The translations under genes and the position numbers were made by a program. A stretch of 64,000 nt of DNA from Syntrophorhabdaceae bacterium (GTDB lineage Bacteria > Desulfobacterota > Syntrophorhabdia > Syntrophorhabdales > Syntrophorhabdaceae), in the NCBI GenBank assembly GCA_963666485.2, contig CAXXUO010000001.1, forward strand, positions 96,001 to 160,000, in the 5' to 3' direction. Every line of letters starts with the position of its first letter. Position 1 is the stretch's first letter. The notes below the pieces were generated by a model that saw only the letters and a program-made list of their open reading frames with translations, ran no database searches and had not been told where the DNA came from. Shown in pieces: positions 9,202-18,949 of the stretch.

Positions 9202-10041
9202 TCATGCGAAGAATGTCGCTTCTTCCAGTTTCTTTTCGCTGCGCGGCGGTTTTTGCCCTTCGGCCGCATATTTTGTGTAGATGTCCTTACCCATCAGCGC
9301 GGCACCCAATGCCCCCGTTATGAGAGGTTCCGGGGGAACGAGGAGTTCCCTGCCGAATTTGGATTCCAGCGCCTTCACGAGGCCGGTGTTCTTCGCCCCG
9401 CCTCCCGTGACAGCTATATCGGGCTCGACATTAAGCTTCCGGACGAGGGCCGCGATCCGCGTTGCAACCGCATCGTGGATCCCGGCAATGAGATTCGCGA
9501 TAGGCTCGCCCGTTGCCAGGCGCGAGATGATCTCCTGTTCGGCAAAAACGGTGCACGTGCTGCTGACAGGGGCTATCCTTTCCGCAGATATCGATATCTC
9601 ACCGATCTTGTTGAGGGGTACGCCGAGAGAATCGGCGATGATCTCGAGAAAGCGGCCCGTACCGGCGGCGCATTTGTCGTTCATGACAAAGTTCATGACT
9701 TTGCCGTTTAAGATCTTGATGCCTTTACTATCCTGACCGCCGACATCGATGACGGTTTTAACAGAGGGGAGGAGGCTATGGAGGCCTTTTGCGTGGCAGG
9801 TGATTTCAGTAATTTGTCGATCAGCAAAGGGAACGTTGATCCTGCCGTATCCAGTAGCAACAATGTATGTCAGGTCGTCGAAGGAGAGGCGCGCTTGTCC
9901 GAGCGCCTCCTCCATCACTCTGTTTGCTAATTTTCTATGCTCGGGCCCCGTCGGCCCTATAAGCGACGCTTCGATCCTGTCGCTTACGATAACCACCTTG
10001 GTCATCGTGGAGCCGATGTCGACACCGGCAAAATATTCCAT
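9202..10041 (-). CDS. ASKHA-family ATP-dependent activase (BcrA/BcrD/BzdP/BzdQ/HgdC family), copy 1
   Basis: GVDIGST, ATGYGR, EITCHAKG, DVGGQDSK, NDKCAAGTGRF, CTVFAEQE. Confidence 0.93.
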   Translation of the reverse strand: MEYFAGVDIGSTMTKVVIVSDRIEASLIGPTGPEHRKLANRVMEEALGQARLSFDDLTYIVATGYGRINVPFADRQITEITCHAKGLHSLLPSVKTVIDVGGQDSKGIKILNGKVMNFVMNDKCAAGTGRFLEIIADSLGVPLNKIGEISISAERIAPVSSTCTVFAEQEIISRLATGEPIANLIAGIHDAVATRIAALVRKLNVEPDIAVTGGGAKNTGLVKALESKFGRELLVPPEPLITGALGAALMGKDIYTKYAAEGQKPPRSEKKLEEATFFA

Positions 10042-10082
10042 GTACTGCTCCTATAAATAAATCCAGGCTTGCGCCGCGTTCC

Positions 10083-11408
10083 CTAGCTTCTCGCCTTATG
10101 AGCCGCAAGGGTCTCGATGAACGCGTCTATCCTGTTGTGCGTGTCCGCTTCGTTATAGGAGCTGATATCAACGATATCGCCTTCCATGATCAGGATGGGG
10201 ATATCCTTGTATACTTTCTTCAGTGTCGCTGCCTGCTGCATAATACCCGCGTGCCAGCTTCTGCAGGAGAAGGCTGAGTGGAACACGGCGCCGTCACATT
10301 TGTAATCTTCGATATACTCGATGATCCTTTCTACCTTCGGGGTTGAGCCCGGGCGCTTCTTTGCCGCATCGTACCAGTGCGTCCAGTAGCGGACCCATCT
10401 CCATGCGATGTGCTCGAGCGGATCGTTTGTTTTCGGGATGTCGAGCCGTTCTATCTTCTCGCAGCCGCGATACGTCACTTCCACCGGGAACACGACGCCC
10501 TTGCTGTTGAAATACTGGAAATCTCCCAGCGCGAACCAGCTCGGAAGGCCGGCGGCCCAGATGACCCTGAATTTTTCCGGGTTGGCGACGCCGACGCCGT
10601 CCGCGATCTTCTGCTCCAGCTCGGCCTTCAGGCTGACATAAAAGTCATATGCTTCCTGGGTGCCGAGGTTGAATGTCAACGGGACCATGGTGTTCATCGC
10701 GTCGCCGGTATCCATCGGCGTCGGGATGTGCTTGCGCAGTTCGTACGTATCGATGAAAAGGTCCCATGTCTTGTCGGAAAGCTCGACGGTTTTCGCCAGG
10801 CGGTCCCAGTCCATCTTCTTGCCCGTGATCTTTTCGCAGAACTTCACTGTCTCGTGGAGCTCTTCTTTGGCATATTTAACGTATAATGCTTCAACTTCGT
10901 GGTGATCTGCCTTCGGGTCCCACGGGGGATAATACATGTTGGTGACGAACACGGGGACATCCTGCTGATAATGCTGGGTTGCCTGCGGCCATTTGAACCG
11001 CGGGTCGCACAGGAGCTGGCCGTTGCCGAGCATCATATCCGGCCGCGCCATGCCGCCCCAGGGTGCCCCTTCGGGCGCCTGGCCGAGCTCTTCGCGCATC
11101 ATGTCGAAGCCGATGTTGCAGGTCGCATATGTGCAAAGTGACCGGGAGAAGTTGTCCGATTCCGCCTTCTGGAGATATTTCTCGGCATCGCGCTTGGCTG
11201 CGCAGACACCGGAGAAGCTCTCACCCCACGCCGGGACGATGTCCATGGCGCGCATGATCTCGTCCTGCCCGTCAGCGATGAACGCTGCGGCGACCTTCTT
11301 GCCCTCTTCTTTTGCCTTTAATGTTGCAGACAGGTTTCCCCGTACGAATTTCGGTATACTTGCTGCCGTTGAGGTTGCTACCGCTCTTCCTTTTTTTTCT
11401 TCAGCCAT
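10083..11408 (-). CDS. Class I benzoyl-CoA reductase / 2-hydroxyacyl-CoA dehydratase subunit (BcrB/BzdO/HgdA family)
   Basis: LCTY, LCDPRFKW, SCRSW cluster cysteines; C-terminal EGD...RIDAFIE. Confidence 0.85.
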   Translation of the reverse strand: MAEEKKGRAVATSTAASIPKFVRGNLSATLKAKEEGKKVAAAFIADGQDEIMRAMDIVPAWGESFSGVCAAKRDAEKYLQKAESDNFSRSLCTYATCNIGFDMMREELGQAPEGAPWGGMARPDMMLGNGQLLCDPRFKWPQATQHYQQDVPVFVTNMYYPPWDPKADHHEVEALYVKYAKEELHETVKFCEKITGKKMDWDRLAKTVELSDKTWDLFIDTYELRKHIPTPMDTGDAMNTMVPLTFNLGTQEAYDFYVSLKAELEQKIADGVGVANPEKFRVIWAAGLPSWFALGDFQYFNSKGVVFPVEVTYRGCEKIERLDIPKTNDPLEHIAWRWVRYWTHWYDAAKKRPGSTPKVERIIEYIEDYKCDGAVFHSAFSCRSWHAGIMQQAATLKKVYKDIPILIMEGDIVDISSYNEADTHNRIDAFIETLAAHKARS

Positions 11409-11434
11409 GGTGGTGTCTCCTTATCTCTCTTCCG

Positions 11435-12586
11435 TTATGCGATCATCTCGAGGAAAGCCTCGATCCTGGTCTTGACCCGTGCGAGGGACGACGTTGAATA
11501 CTCGTCTTCCAGGTACAGCACAGGCGCTCCCGCCGCTTCGACGTAGCTCTTGATAGCCGGTACTTCAAATCCATAGGGGTCGCAATACTTGTAGATAAAG
11601 AGGATAACTCCGTCCACCTTGAAATCCTTCACGTAATTCTTCATGTGTCCGAAACGTTCCTCAAGGATGCCCTGGTACGTGGGGGCCGAACCGATAAATG
11701 TCGTCGGCACTTTCAGTTTTCTCAGGTACCGCTCTGCAATTCCCTGGAGCGGGTCCGCCGTAGCATCGACATCCTGCCAGTACATTTTGGAGCCGGTTGA
11801 AAGATCGTCCATGACGAGGTACGCGCCGGCCGATTCGATGGCCTCGATCACCGCGACATCGTCAATCTGATCACCGATTATCATGATGCGTTTCGCCTTG
11901 GGGTCTCCTGCCGCAGGCGTGCGGCCTTTTACTTCTTTTATGACCGATTCGATAAGAGCACTCGACTCTTCGACCGGAAGGCTCATCGCAGCCACACAGA
12001 CCTTCATCATTTCAACGCCGGAGATGAGGGGGGGATTCGATTTCCGAAGGTCATAGAGGTCCCTCATGAGTTTTCTGTTCTGATTGTGGGCCGCGACCGC
12101 CTTCGCGATCGCTTCGTCGGTTATCGTATTTCCGGTATATTTTTCGAGTGATTTAACAAACATCCGCAGGATCTCTTTCGTAAAAGCTATCGACGGATCG
12201 TCCGCAACGTGCGGGAGGTTCAGGAAATGCCAGTATGGAAGGTTTAAGGTATAGCTCCATGTCTCGTTCGTGCGGTCAATCGAGTCGCACTGATGAGGCA
12301 GGAGCATGCCATCCAGAAAATCATATTTTCCCTTGACCGCGGCATCGAAGACATTGCGCACAAATGGACACACGATCGTCTCCATGTACGCATCGCCTTT
12401 TGTTATTGATTCGGAAACATTCCCTTTGAGCCTTATCGGGAGAACGCCCGCTGCTGTCAGGATCTCAACCGGACCAAGCGCGGACAGGTACCCGATCACC
12501 TTTTTCCCCGACGCTTTCAATTCTCTCGCTCTCGACCCGTACTGGGTGTAAAGCTTTTCGGCGGCTGCCAAACCTATATCTGTCAT
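11435..12586 (-). CDS. Class I benzoyl-CoA reductase / 2-hydroxyacyl-CoA dehydratase subunit (BcrC/BzdN/HgdB family)
   Basis: PVEILTAAG, VCPFVR, QCDSI, YCDPY, TRIEAFLE; ATG at 12586 after AAGGAG. Confidence 0.88.
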   Translation of the reverse strand: MTDIGLAAAEKLYTQYGSRARELKASGKKVIGYLSALGPVEILTAAGVLPIRLKGNVSESITKGDAYMETIVCPFVRNVFDAAVKGKYDFLDGMLLPHQCDSIDRTNETWSYTLNLPYWHFLNLPHVADDPSIAFTKEILRMFVKSLEKYTGNTITDEAIAKAVAAHNQNRKLMRDLYDLRKSNPPLISGVEMMKVCVAAMSLPVEESSALIESVIKEVKGRTPAAGDPKAKRIMIIGDQIDDVAVIEAIESAGAYLVMDDLSTGSKMYWQDVDATADPLQGIAERYLRKLKVPTTFIGSAPTYQGILEERFGHMKNYVKDFKVDGVILFIYKYCDPYGFEVPAIKSYVEAAGAPVLYLEDEYSTSSLARVKTRIEAFLEMIA

Positions 12587-12674
12587 CTTCACTCCTTGCA
12601 TCCCGCCCTGCCAATACGGGATCTCTTTATGGGATAGCCAAGCCAGGCGTCAAAGGGGCCAATCTTGGCACACA

Positions 12675-12704
12675 ATTCTAATGGAACGTGGTGCCGTTTG
12701 TCAA
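12675..12704 (-). promoter_or_regulatory. Sigma70 promoter TTGACA-N18-TAGAAT for the class I-type operon
   Basis: Near-consensus hexamers on the minus strand. Confidence 0.6.
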
Positions 12705-12710
12705 TCAATT

Positions 12711-12728
12711 ATGTGAAGCTTTTCACAC
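12711..12728. promoter_or_regulatory. Palindrome TGTGAA-N4-TTCACA (Rex-like or CRP-like operator)
   Basis: atgtgaagcttttcacac, just upstream of the -35. Confidence 0.6.
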
Positions 12729-13040
12729 AATCAGGCGCATCGGCACATGCTGCACGGTGCCGTCTTCATGCAGCACCCGCACGATGACCTTCTTCTTCCT
12801 GTCGACGTCAAATTCGACGACATGCTTGTGAAGGGGCAGGCAGCCGAACGTTTCGACCAGCGTCTTCTCCTGGGCCCCGAGGCTCTCTTCCGGCAGCACC
12901 ATCGGCGTTCCCCTGCGAACGTCGAGTTTGACCACCCTTTTGTAATCGACGGGGATACAGCCGTAAACCTCGATCAGATTCTTTTCGAGTTCCCTGAATT
13001 TAAGATTCGTAACCGTCCTGAGAGACCATTCTCTTGCCAT
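12723..13040 (-). CDS. Hypothetical 105-aa protein with two internal repeats
   Basis: Strong RBS GGGAGGAGG; EKNLIEVYGCIPVDYKRVVKLDVRR vs EKTLVETFGCLPLHKHVVEFDVDR. Confidence 0.8.
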   Translation of the reverse strand: MAREWSLRTVTNLKFRELEKNLIEVYGCIPVDYKRVVKLDVRRGTPMVLPEESLGAQEKTLVETFGCLPLHKHVVEFDVDRKKKVIVRVLHEDGTVQHVPMRLIV

Positions 13041-13150
13041 GATGTCCTCCTCCCTTCTCGATAACCTGACAATTGCGCCCGGGTGAAACCTGTGTTCGAT
13101 CAGCCATTCTGTGCCTCAAGGCACGTCCAACCGTCATCTGTCTACCATAA

Positions 13151-13166
13151 AGCAAAGGGTGTGCCA
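13151..13166 (-). promoter_or_regulatory. Sigma54 (-24/-12) promoter TGGCAC-ACCCT-TTGCT
   Basis: Matches TGGCAC-N5-TTGC(A/T) and points at the 105-aa ORF. Confidence 0.8.
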
Positions 13167-13363
13167 CGCATTTTTCACCCATTATTTTAACATGTTAGAT
13201 AGTTCAGGGGTACCGTATCCTATCATATATGGCAGATTTTAACTGGTATATGTGTCAGATATAACCCATTCTGTAATATATGTCAGAGTTTGCGAGCGAC
13301 CAGGTGCGGTCAGGCCGGTATCGCTAAAATAGGCGGAAAATAATGACATTTCACCCTCGTACC

Positions 13364-13392
13364 TTGAAAAACAAAGGTTAATCACATATAAT
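13364..13392 (+). promoter_or_regulatory. Sigma70 promoter TTGAAA-N17-TATAAT
   Basis: Near-consensus, upstream of the ORF at 13430. Confidence 0.7.
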
Positions 13393-13429
13393 CCTTACGT
13401 TTTAAAAGTCATACGCGGGGATCTCATAC

Positions 13430-14548
13430 ATGGAACGATACGATTGCGTGGTTGTGGGGGCCGGTCCCGGCGGGTCAACGTTTGCCCGGCATTCGGCACA
13501 GAGGGGTCTAAAAGTCCTTATCATTGAAAAAGAGTCCCTCCCGCGGTACAAGACGTGCGGCGGCGGCCTCACTCCCGCGGTCAGGAACCTTCTCGATTTT
13601 GATTATTCTCCCGTCATTCAGCGAAAAGTGAGCGGCGTGGCCTTTCTGTCGCGCGACGAGGACGGGACTGTCTTTTATCCTGACAGCATGCCCGTGGATA
13701 TGGTCGCCCGCAGCGAGTTCGACCATTGTCTCGTAAAACAGGCCGTCGCGGCGGGTGCTTCACTCAGGGAAAAGATCCGGGTCGTTTCAATCGAAGAACG
13801 AAAGGATGAGGTGATCGTCGAAACGGGCGATGGCGGCCGGATATCCGGCCTTATCGTGGTCGGCGCCGACGGTGCCCGCAGCATTGCAGCGCGCGCCGCC
13901 GGATTTCGCCGGGGATACGGGGGAATAGCCGTCGAAGCCGAGATATATCCACGTGACCCGGCGATCGTGGAAGAGCACTCGGGGCACTCGATATTCGGTT
14001 TCGGCTTCGCCCCGGGAGACGGATACGGCTGGGTGTTCCCGAAAAAAGATCATTTCTCCGTCGGAATAGGAACGAGCCGTGCACGCCTGCCCGAGCTCGT
14101 CCTCGTGTACCGGGAATTTGTCGGCCGTTTCGATTTCTTAGGCGATGCCGAGGAGAGGCTCAGGCGCGGATGGTTCATACCCTACTGCAAAAGCTCGGAG
14201 ACGATCAATACGCGGCGCATCTGCCTTGTCGGCGACGCGGCGCACCTTGTGGACCCCTTCAGCGGTGAAGGAATATATCATGCCATATTGAGCGGCATGA
14301 TCGGTGCAGACATCGCTGTTAAAGAACTGGGGGAAAAAGGCCGCCTTTCGCGACGGTACAGCAGGGAAATAAAGAGACAGATCACGCGGGATTTCATGTT
14401 TGGCCGGTGGTGCTCCGAGATCTATTACAGGGCACCGTCCTACTTTTATCGCAAGGAACGGGTGATCCGGGCACTCACACGGCTGGCCAAAAAAGAGATC
14501 CGTTACAAGGATGTTCTGAATGAACTGCGGAAAAGCCGCAGGACCTGA
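13430..14548 (+). CDS. Geranylgeranyl reductase family FAD-dependent oxidoreductase
   Basis: VVGAGPGG, PRYKTCGGG, GADGARS, YGWVFPK, VGDAAHLVDPFSGEGI. Confidence 0.9.
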   Translation: MERYDCVVVGAGPGGSTFARHSAQRGLKVLIIEKESLPRYKTCGGGLTPAVRNLLDFDYSPVIQRKVSGVAFLSRDEDGTVFYPDSMPVDMVARSEFDHCLVKQAVAAGASLREKIRVVSIEERKDEVIVETGDGGRISGLIVVGADGARSIAARAAGFRRGYGGIAVEAEIYPRDPAIVEEHSGHSIFGFGFAPGDGYGWVFPKKDHFSVGIGTSRARLPELVLVYREFVGRFDFLGDAEERLRRGWFIPYCKSSETINTRRICLVGDAAHLVDPFSGEGIYHAILSGMIGADIAVKELGEKGRLSRRYSREIKRQITRDFMFGRWCSEIYYRAPSYFYRKERVIRALTRLAKKEIRYKDVLNELRKSRRT

Positions 14549-14561
14549 CGTCAATTTTCGC

Positions 14562-14786
14562 TTATTTTTGCATTGCCTCGGCTTTTTTCACGGCCTCGGT
14601 GAGCAGGCCGACAAGGCCCTGCACCTGGTCCGGGCTTATCGTTACGCCATCCGGCGTTGCGACAAGCTCCCCATCCGTCAATATTTTGTACAGCCTGCAA
14701 TCAATAGACTTCGTACCCTTGAATTTATCGAGGACTTCCACCACGAGACGTTCACGGACACCTGTCGATAATTTGCCCACCAGCAT
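14562..14786 (-). CDS. PC4/YdbC-like ssDNA-binding protein
   Basis: FKG...IDCRLY.....GE...T..GVTI pattern, 74 aa, AAAAGGAG RBS. Confidence 0.7.
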   Translation of the reverse strand: MLVGKLSTGVRERLVVEVLDKFKGTKSIDCRLYKILTDGELVATPDGVTISPDQVQGLVGLLTEAVKKAEAMQK

Positions 14787-14799
14787 GATTCTCTCCTTT

Positions 14800-16008
14800 T
14801 CAGGACCTCTTACGTCCTCTGTATGATGGTTTGAACGTGGTCCGCCGCTTACTGACAGGCTTTACCGCCATCGTGAACTCATCTTCCGGAGACAGCGGGG
14901 GGTGCCGTTTTATCTCCGTTTTTGCATAATTCGTTATCTCCCTGAGCTTGCTTATCTCGGTGGGAAGAACCAGGGTAAATGCGTATCCCGTCTGCCCCAT
15001 ACGCGCCGTTCGCCCGATCCGGTGAACATAGTACTCGTCATCACGGGGAATGTCATAATTGATGACCGCTTCGACGCCCCTGACATCAATGCCGCGTGCG
15101 GCGACGTCGGTGGCTACCAGTATTGTGGAATGCCCCCGTCTGAACTTTGACATGACGCGGTCCCTCTGCCCCTGTGCCATATCGCCGTGGATGCTTTCCG
15201 TATCGTATCCCAGGGTCTTCAGGTCACGGGCCACGTCATCGACACATCTCTTCGTATTGCAGAATACCAGCGACGACGAGAACTTGTAATTGTCGACGAT
15301 CTTCCGCAAAAGGCTGAGTTTCTTGCCCGGCCTGACCTCTATATAGCTTTGTTCGACTTCCGAAACGGTCAGTTCGTCCCCCACAACCTTGACGAGTGAA
15401 GGGTTCTTCTGATACTTCCCGGCGAGCCTCCGGATGCTCTCGGGCATTGTCGCCGAGAAAAGCAGGGTCTGCCTGCCGGCTGATGTTGCCTGAAGGATCG
15501 TTTCAATGTCCTCCAGGAACCCCATGTTCAGCATTTCATCGGCCTCGTCGAGGACAACCCGGGTAACGGTGCCAAGCTTGATCGTCCTGCGCCTCATATG
15601 GTCGATCATTCGCCCCGGTGTGCCGACAACGATATGGACCCCTTTTTTCAGGCTGGCTATTTGCGGGCGAATAGACTGTCCGCCATAGACGGGAATGATG
15701 ACTATGTCTTTCCTGTACTGCGCGAGCTTTCTCAGTTCTGAAGCAACCTGTACCGCGAGTTCCCGCGTCGGGCACAGGACAAGCGCCTCCGTCTGCCTTG
15801 TTTTGCCGTCGAGCAATTCAAGGAGGGGAATGCCGAAAGCGGCTGTTTTGCCGGTACCGGTCTGTGCCTGCCCAATGATGTCGCTGCCCCCGAGCACGAG
15901 GGGAATTGATTGTTCCTGGATGGGGCTCAATTCTTCGATCCCCATGTTGTCCAGGGCTTTCTGGATCTTCTTTGAGAGATGCAGCTTCTCGAATTTCGTT
16001 TCTTGCAT
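14800..16008 (-). CDS. DEAD-box RNA helicase
   Basis: AQTGTGKT, PTRELA, DEAD, SAT, HRIGRTAR motifs. Confidence 0.96.
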   Translation of the reverse strand: MQETKFEKLHLSKKIQKALDNMGIEELSPIQEQSIPLVLGGSDIIGQAQTGTGKTAAFGIPLLELLDGKTRQTEALVLCPTRELAVQVASELRKLAQYRKDIVIIPVYGGQSIRPQIASLKKGVHIVVGTPGRMIDHMRRRTIKLGTVTRVVLDEADEMLNMGFLEDIETILQATSAGRQTLLFSATMPESIRRLAGKYQKNPSLVKVVGDELTVSEVEQSYIEVRPGKKLSLLRKIVDNYKFSSSLVFCNTKRCVDDVARDLKTLGYDTESIHGDMAQGQRDRVMSKFRRGHSTILVATDVAARGIDVRGVEAVINYDIPRDDEYYVHRIGRTARMGQTGYAFTLVLPTEISKLREITNYAKTEIKRHPPLSPEDEFTMAVKPVSKRRTTFKPSYRGRKRS

Positions 16009-16236
16009 TAACACTCCGTAAAAAAATGATTTGGTGCCGCCTTTGCCCGCCCGGCATTCGACCATTTTTTTTCGGTTGTCAGATCATGGCAGAATTTGAG
16101 AGGATCTAAGCAGTTACAGGAGTTTAGCATAATTTTATGGGAAAATACAGCCGAAAGCGACGTTCGGCCTTTGCGTGACAGACCGCCTCCGCCACGTAAG
16201 ACATCCAGATGTTCCGGAAAGACAAGGCCGATAGAA

Positions 16237-17478
16237 TTATTTCTCCCCGTATTTCTTGTACAACTCTTCGGCCAGCTTCCCGAACGCTTCTTCCGTTTTC
16301 GGACCGCTTATATTGGCCGTGATCACCATGCCAAAATCTTTCTTCGGCTGAACGTATATATGCGCAAGGTTCATGGTGTTCGATCCGTTGTGCCAGACGA
16401 ACGGTTCTTTCGACCAGGGGAAATATGCCTGGCACCAGCCGAGTGCATAAGAGCCGCGCTCCGGAAGCCCCGGCTGTTTTTCAGGCAAGGGTAGCTCTAT
16501 CACCGGGGTCGTGAGCCGGACGAACATTTCCGCCGGGATTATCTGAGGCGACCTTTTTCCTGCGCCGGCATTCCATGCCGCCCACCGGGCGAAGTCCTGC
16601 AGGGACATATGCACGGTCCCTGCCGGGCCGAGATACGGCGGGTTATCCGAGACGAGGCCTGCCATCATGGGTTTCAGTTTTCCGTCGATGGTCTTGTGGG
16701 GAAGCGGGGCGTCGACCATCCCCAGCGATGACTGGGTCCCGAAGCCTGCCGTCCTGAGCCTCAAGGGCACGAAGATCTTCTCGATAACGAGTTCCTCCCA
16801 CGACCTGCCGGAGATCCTTTCCAGGATGGCACCGGTCATGATGTAGCCCATATTCGAGTAAGAATACCTCGTGCGGGGGGCCGCGGCGACCGGCTGGCTC
16901 ACCCAGCGCGAAAGGAACCAGTACCGTGTATCGGTCAGGTTGTCCTCCGACCGCGTAAACGATTCCATGAAAAGTTTCGCGTAGAGCGGTTCTTTGTCCT
17001 CGGGCATCCCGCTCGTATGCGACAGGAGCTGTTCGACGGTGATCGAGCCCATGCCGGGTGTCATGGTCTTTTCCAGTTCGGGGAATATCTCCTCCAGCCG
17101 TGAATCCCAGCGGAGCTTCCCTTCTTTTACAAAGATCGCGGCGAGAAGGGCGGTCATTGCCTTTGTGTTGGACCCGATATGAAAGCGGTCACCCGGATAT
17201 ACCGTTATCTTCTCCCCGGCCTTGCGTGTACCCGCCGTCCCTATAGCGATGGTCCTTCCGTCCTTTACAACAGCCGCTCCCATGGCGGGAATGCCGTATT
17301 TGCTGCAATACTGTTCCAGTATATAGGTGAGGGATTCGGAGCTTTTCATGGCAACGTTCTTCTCCGCGATCACCCGCTGCGCCCCGGCTTCGGTACTGAT
17401 AAAAATTCCGAGAAAAACGAGAATACCCGCGCATAGCACGGAAAAGCATTGCATACCGGACCTTGATCGTCCCGCCAT
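16237..17478 (-). CDS. Exported serine hydrolase, beta-lactamase/AmpC-related family
   Basis: SNTK (SxxK), YSN, HNG, LLSHTSG; signal peptide. Confidence 0.9.
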   Translation of the reverse strand: MAGRSRSGMQCFSVLCAGILVFLGIFISTEAGAQRVIAEKNVAMKSSESLTYILEQYCSKYGIPAMGAAVVKDGRTIAIGTAGTRKAGEKITVYPGDRFHIGSNTKAMTALLAAIFVKEGKLRWDSRLEEIFPELEKTMTPGMGSITVEQLLSHTSGMPEDKEPLYAKLFMESFTRSEDNLTDTRYWFLSRWVSQPVAAAPRTRYSYSNMGYIMTGAILERISGRSWEELVIEKIFVPLRLRTAGFGTQSSLGMVDAPLPHKTIDGKLKPMMAGLVSDNPPYLGPAGTVHMSLQDFARWAAWNAGAGKRSPQIIPAEMFVRLTTPVIELPLPEKQPGLPERGSYALGWCQAYFPWSKEPFVWHNGSNTMNLAHIYVQPKKDFGMVITANISGPKTEEAFGKLAEELYKKYGEK

Positions 17479-17617
17479 ACCTGACCCCCTTGGATTTATA
17501 TGTCTTTACCATATCGTACGGCCAGGAACTTGTACAGTGAAAAGATTGACTTGACCGAGCTAAAACTCATATACTCTCATATACATATACGATCCTAAAC
17601 CCACCTGAGAGGTTGCC

Positions 17618-18595
17618 ATGGAATTTGAACAGACTTTCATGAATTTCCTCCTGGAACACCAGGAACGGAACAGACGGACCGGGCATTTTCTCGTCCTCAT
17701 GGACGCGATCGTCAGCGCGGCGAAGCACATCGAGCACTATTACATCACGGGCGCGCTCAAAGGACACCTCGGGCAGGCAGGCAAGGTGAACGTGCAGGGC
17801 GAAGACGTCATGCAGATGGATGATATGGCCCACGAGATAATCATCCACTACCTGAAGACGACGCGGCGCGTGATCCATGCAGTCAGCGAGGAATCCGACG
17901 AGATCATCAAGCTCAACGAGAACGGACGTTATTTCATGTACTTCGATCCGCTCGACGGTTCGTCCAACGTCAAGCATGGTCTTCCGGTCGGGTTTCTTTT
18001 CGGGATAGCCAAGCGGAACATCAACGGGGAAGAGGACTTTCACCTGCGGCCCGGAAAAGAATTCATAGCCGCCGGCATGTTCGTCATACCGACCGGAACG
18101 CTTACTATCGCGCTGCGGGATGCGGGCACCTGGCGTTTCCATATCGACGAAACGCTCGACTACGTGAAGCCGATGAAACTCGTCCTCCCGGACAATCCGA
18201 AGAGCTGGGAACTGTCCTTCAACGCGACGAACCGGTACACATACAGGCAAGAGGTCCTGGATTGGGTCCACAACAACGAGCGGAAATACACGTTCCGGTA
18301 CCTGGGGGCCCTTGCCGGCGACTTTCACCGGATACTGACGAACGGCGGGATGTTCATGTACCCGGCCATTGTCAACCATCCCGACCCGAAAAAGAACAGG
18401 CCTCAAGGAAAGCTGCGCCTCATGTACGAGGCAGCCGTCGTAGCGTTCATGTGCTGCGAGGCGGGAGGGCACGCGGTAAACGAACACGGGGTTCCCATAC
18501 TCGATATAGAACCCTCCGACCACCACCAGAGAACCGCCCTGTACGTGGGATCGAAGCAGCTTGTCGATGATATAGCGAATGTGCTCAAAAAATGA
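17618..18595 (+). CDS. fbp: Class I fructose-1,6-bisphosphatase
   Basis: NVQGE, SEE, FDPLDGSSN, DFHRIL..GG.FMYP, GKLRLMYEA. Confidence 0.95.
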   Translation: MEFEQTFMNFLLEHQERNRRTGHFLVLMDAIVSAAKHIEHYYITGALKGHLGQAGKVNVQGEDVMQMDDMAHEIIIHYLKTTRRVIHAVSEESDEIIKLNENGRYFMYFDPLDGSSNVKHGLPVGFLFGIAKRNINGEEDFHLRPGKEFIAAGMFVIPTGTLTIALRDAGTWRFHIDETLDYVKPMKLVLPDNPKSWELSFNATNRYTYRQEVLDWVHNNERKYTFRYLGALAGDFHRILTNGGMFMYPAIVNHPDPKKNRPQGKLRLMYEAAVVAFMCCEAGGHAVNEHGVPILDIEPSDHHQRTALYVGSKQLVDDIANVLKK

Positions 18596-18930
18596 AGCGT
18601 AAGGGGTACACGGTGCGCCGGCCAAACAAGCCGGTCAAAAAAGAAATAACCGGGTCGATCGAGGATATCGTCAGGGACATTACGCGCGACCGGAACATAA
18701 AAAACGAGGAGTACCGTGAACAGTCCCTTAAAATGCACGGCCTTTTCTGCGCGCGCTGCGGACGGCAGTTCGACCACACGGACAGGCACCTGTTGACCGT
18801 GCACCACAAGGACGGCAATCACAACAACAACCCGCCCGACGGCTCGAACTGGGAGAACCTGTGCACATATTGTCATGACGACGTGCACGGCCGTAATTTT
18901 TTCGCCGCGGAAGAAGAAAGAAAACAATAA
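18592..18930 (+). CDS. YajD-family HNH nuclease
   Basis: CARCGR...LTVHHKDGNHNNNPPDGSNWENLCTYCHD. Confidence 0.88.
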   Translation: MKRKGYTVRRPNKPVKKEITGSIEDIVRDITRDRNIKNEEYREQSLKMHGLFCARCGRQFDHTDRHLLTVHHKDGNHNNNPPDGSNWENLCTYCHDDVHGRNFFAAEEERKQ

Positions 18931-18949
18931 TGGATTGGAGGACATTGGG

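Noticed and set aside
12666..12681. TGGCAC on the plus strand as a sigma54 promoter
   Set aside because: No GC at the -12 position and no gene in that orientation.
16237..17478. True beta-lactamase resistance gene
   Set aside because: The motifs only place it in the broad serine hydrolase family (HNG rather than KTG); activity cannot be inferred.
18592..18930. HNH nuclease as a sign of a mobile or defence element
   Set aside because: It matches the widespread chromosomal YajD family, is coupled to fbp, and has no mobile context.
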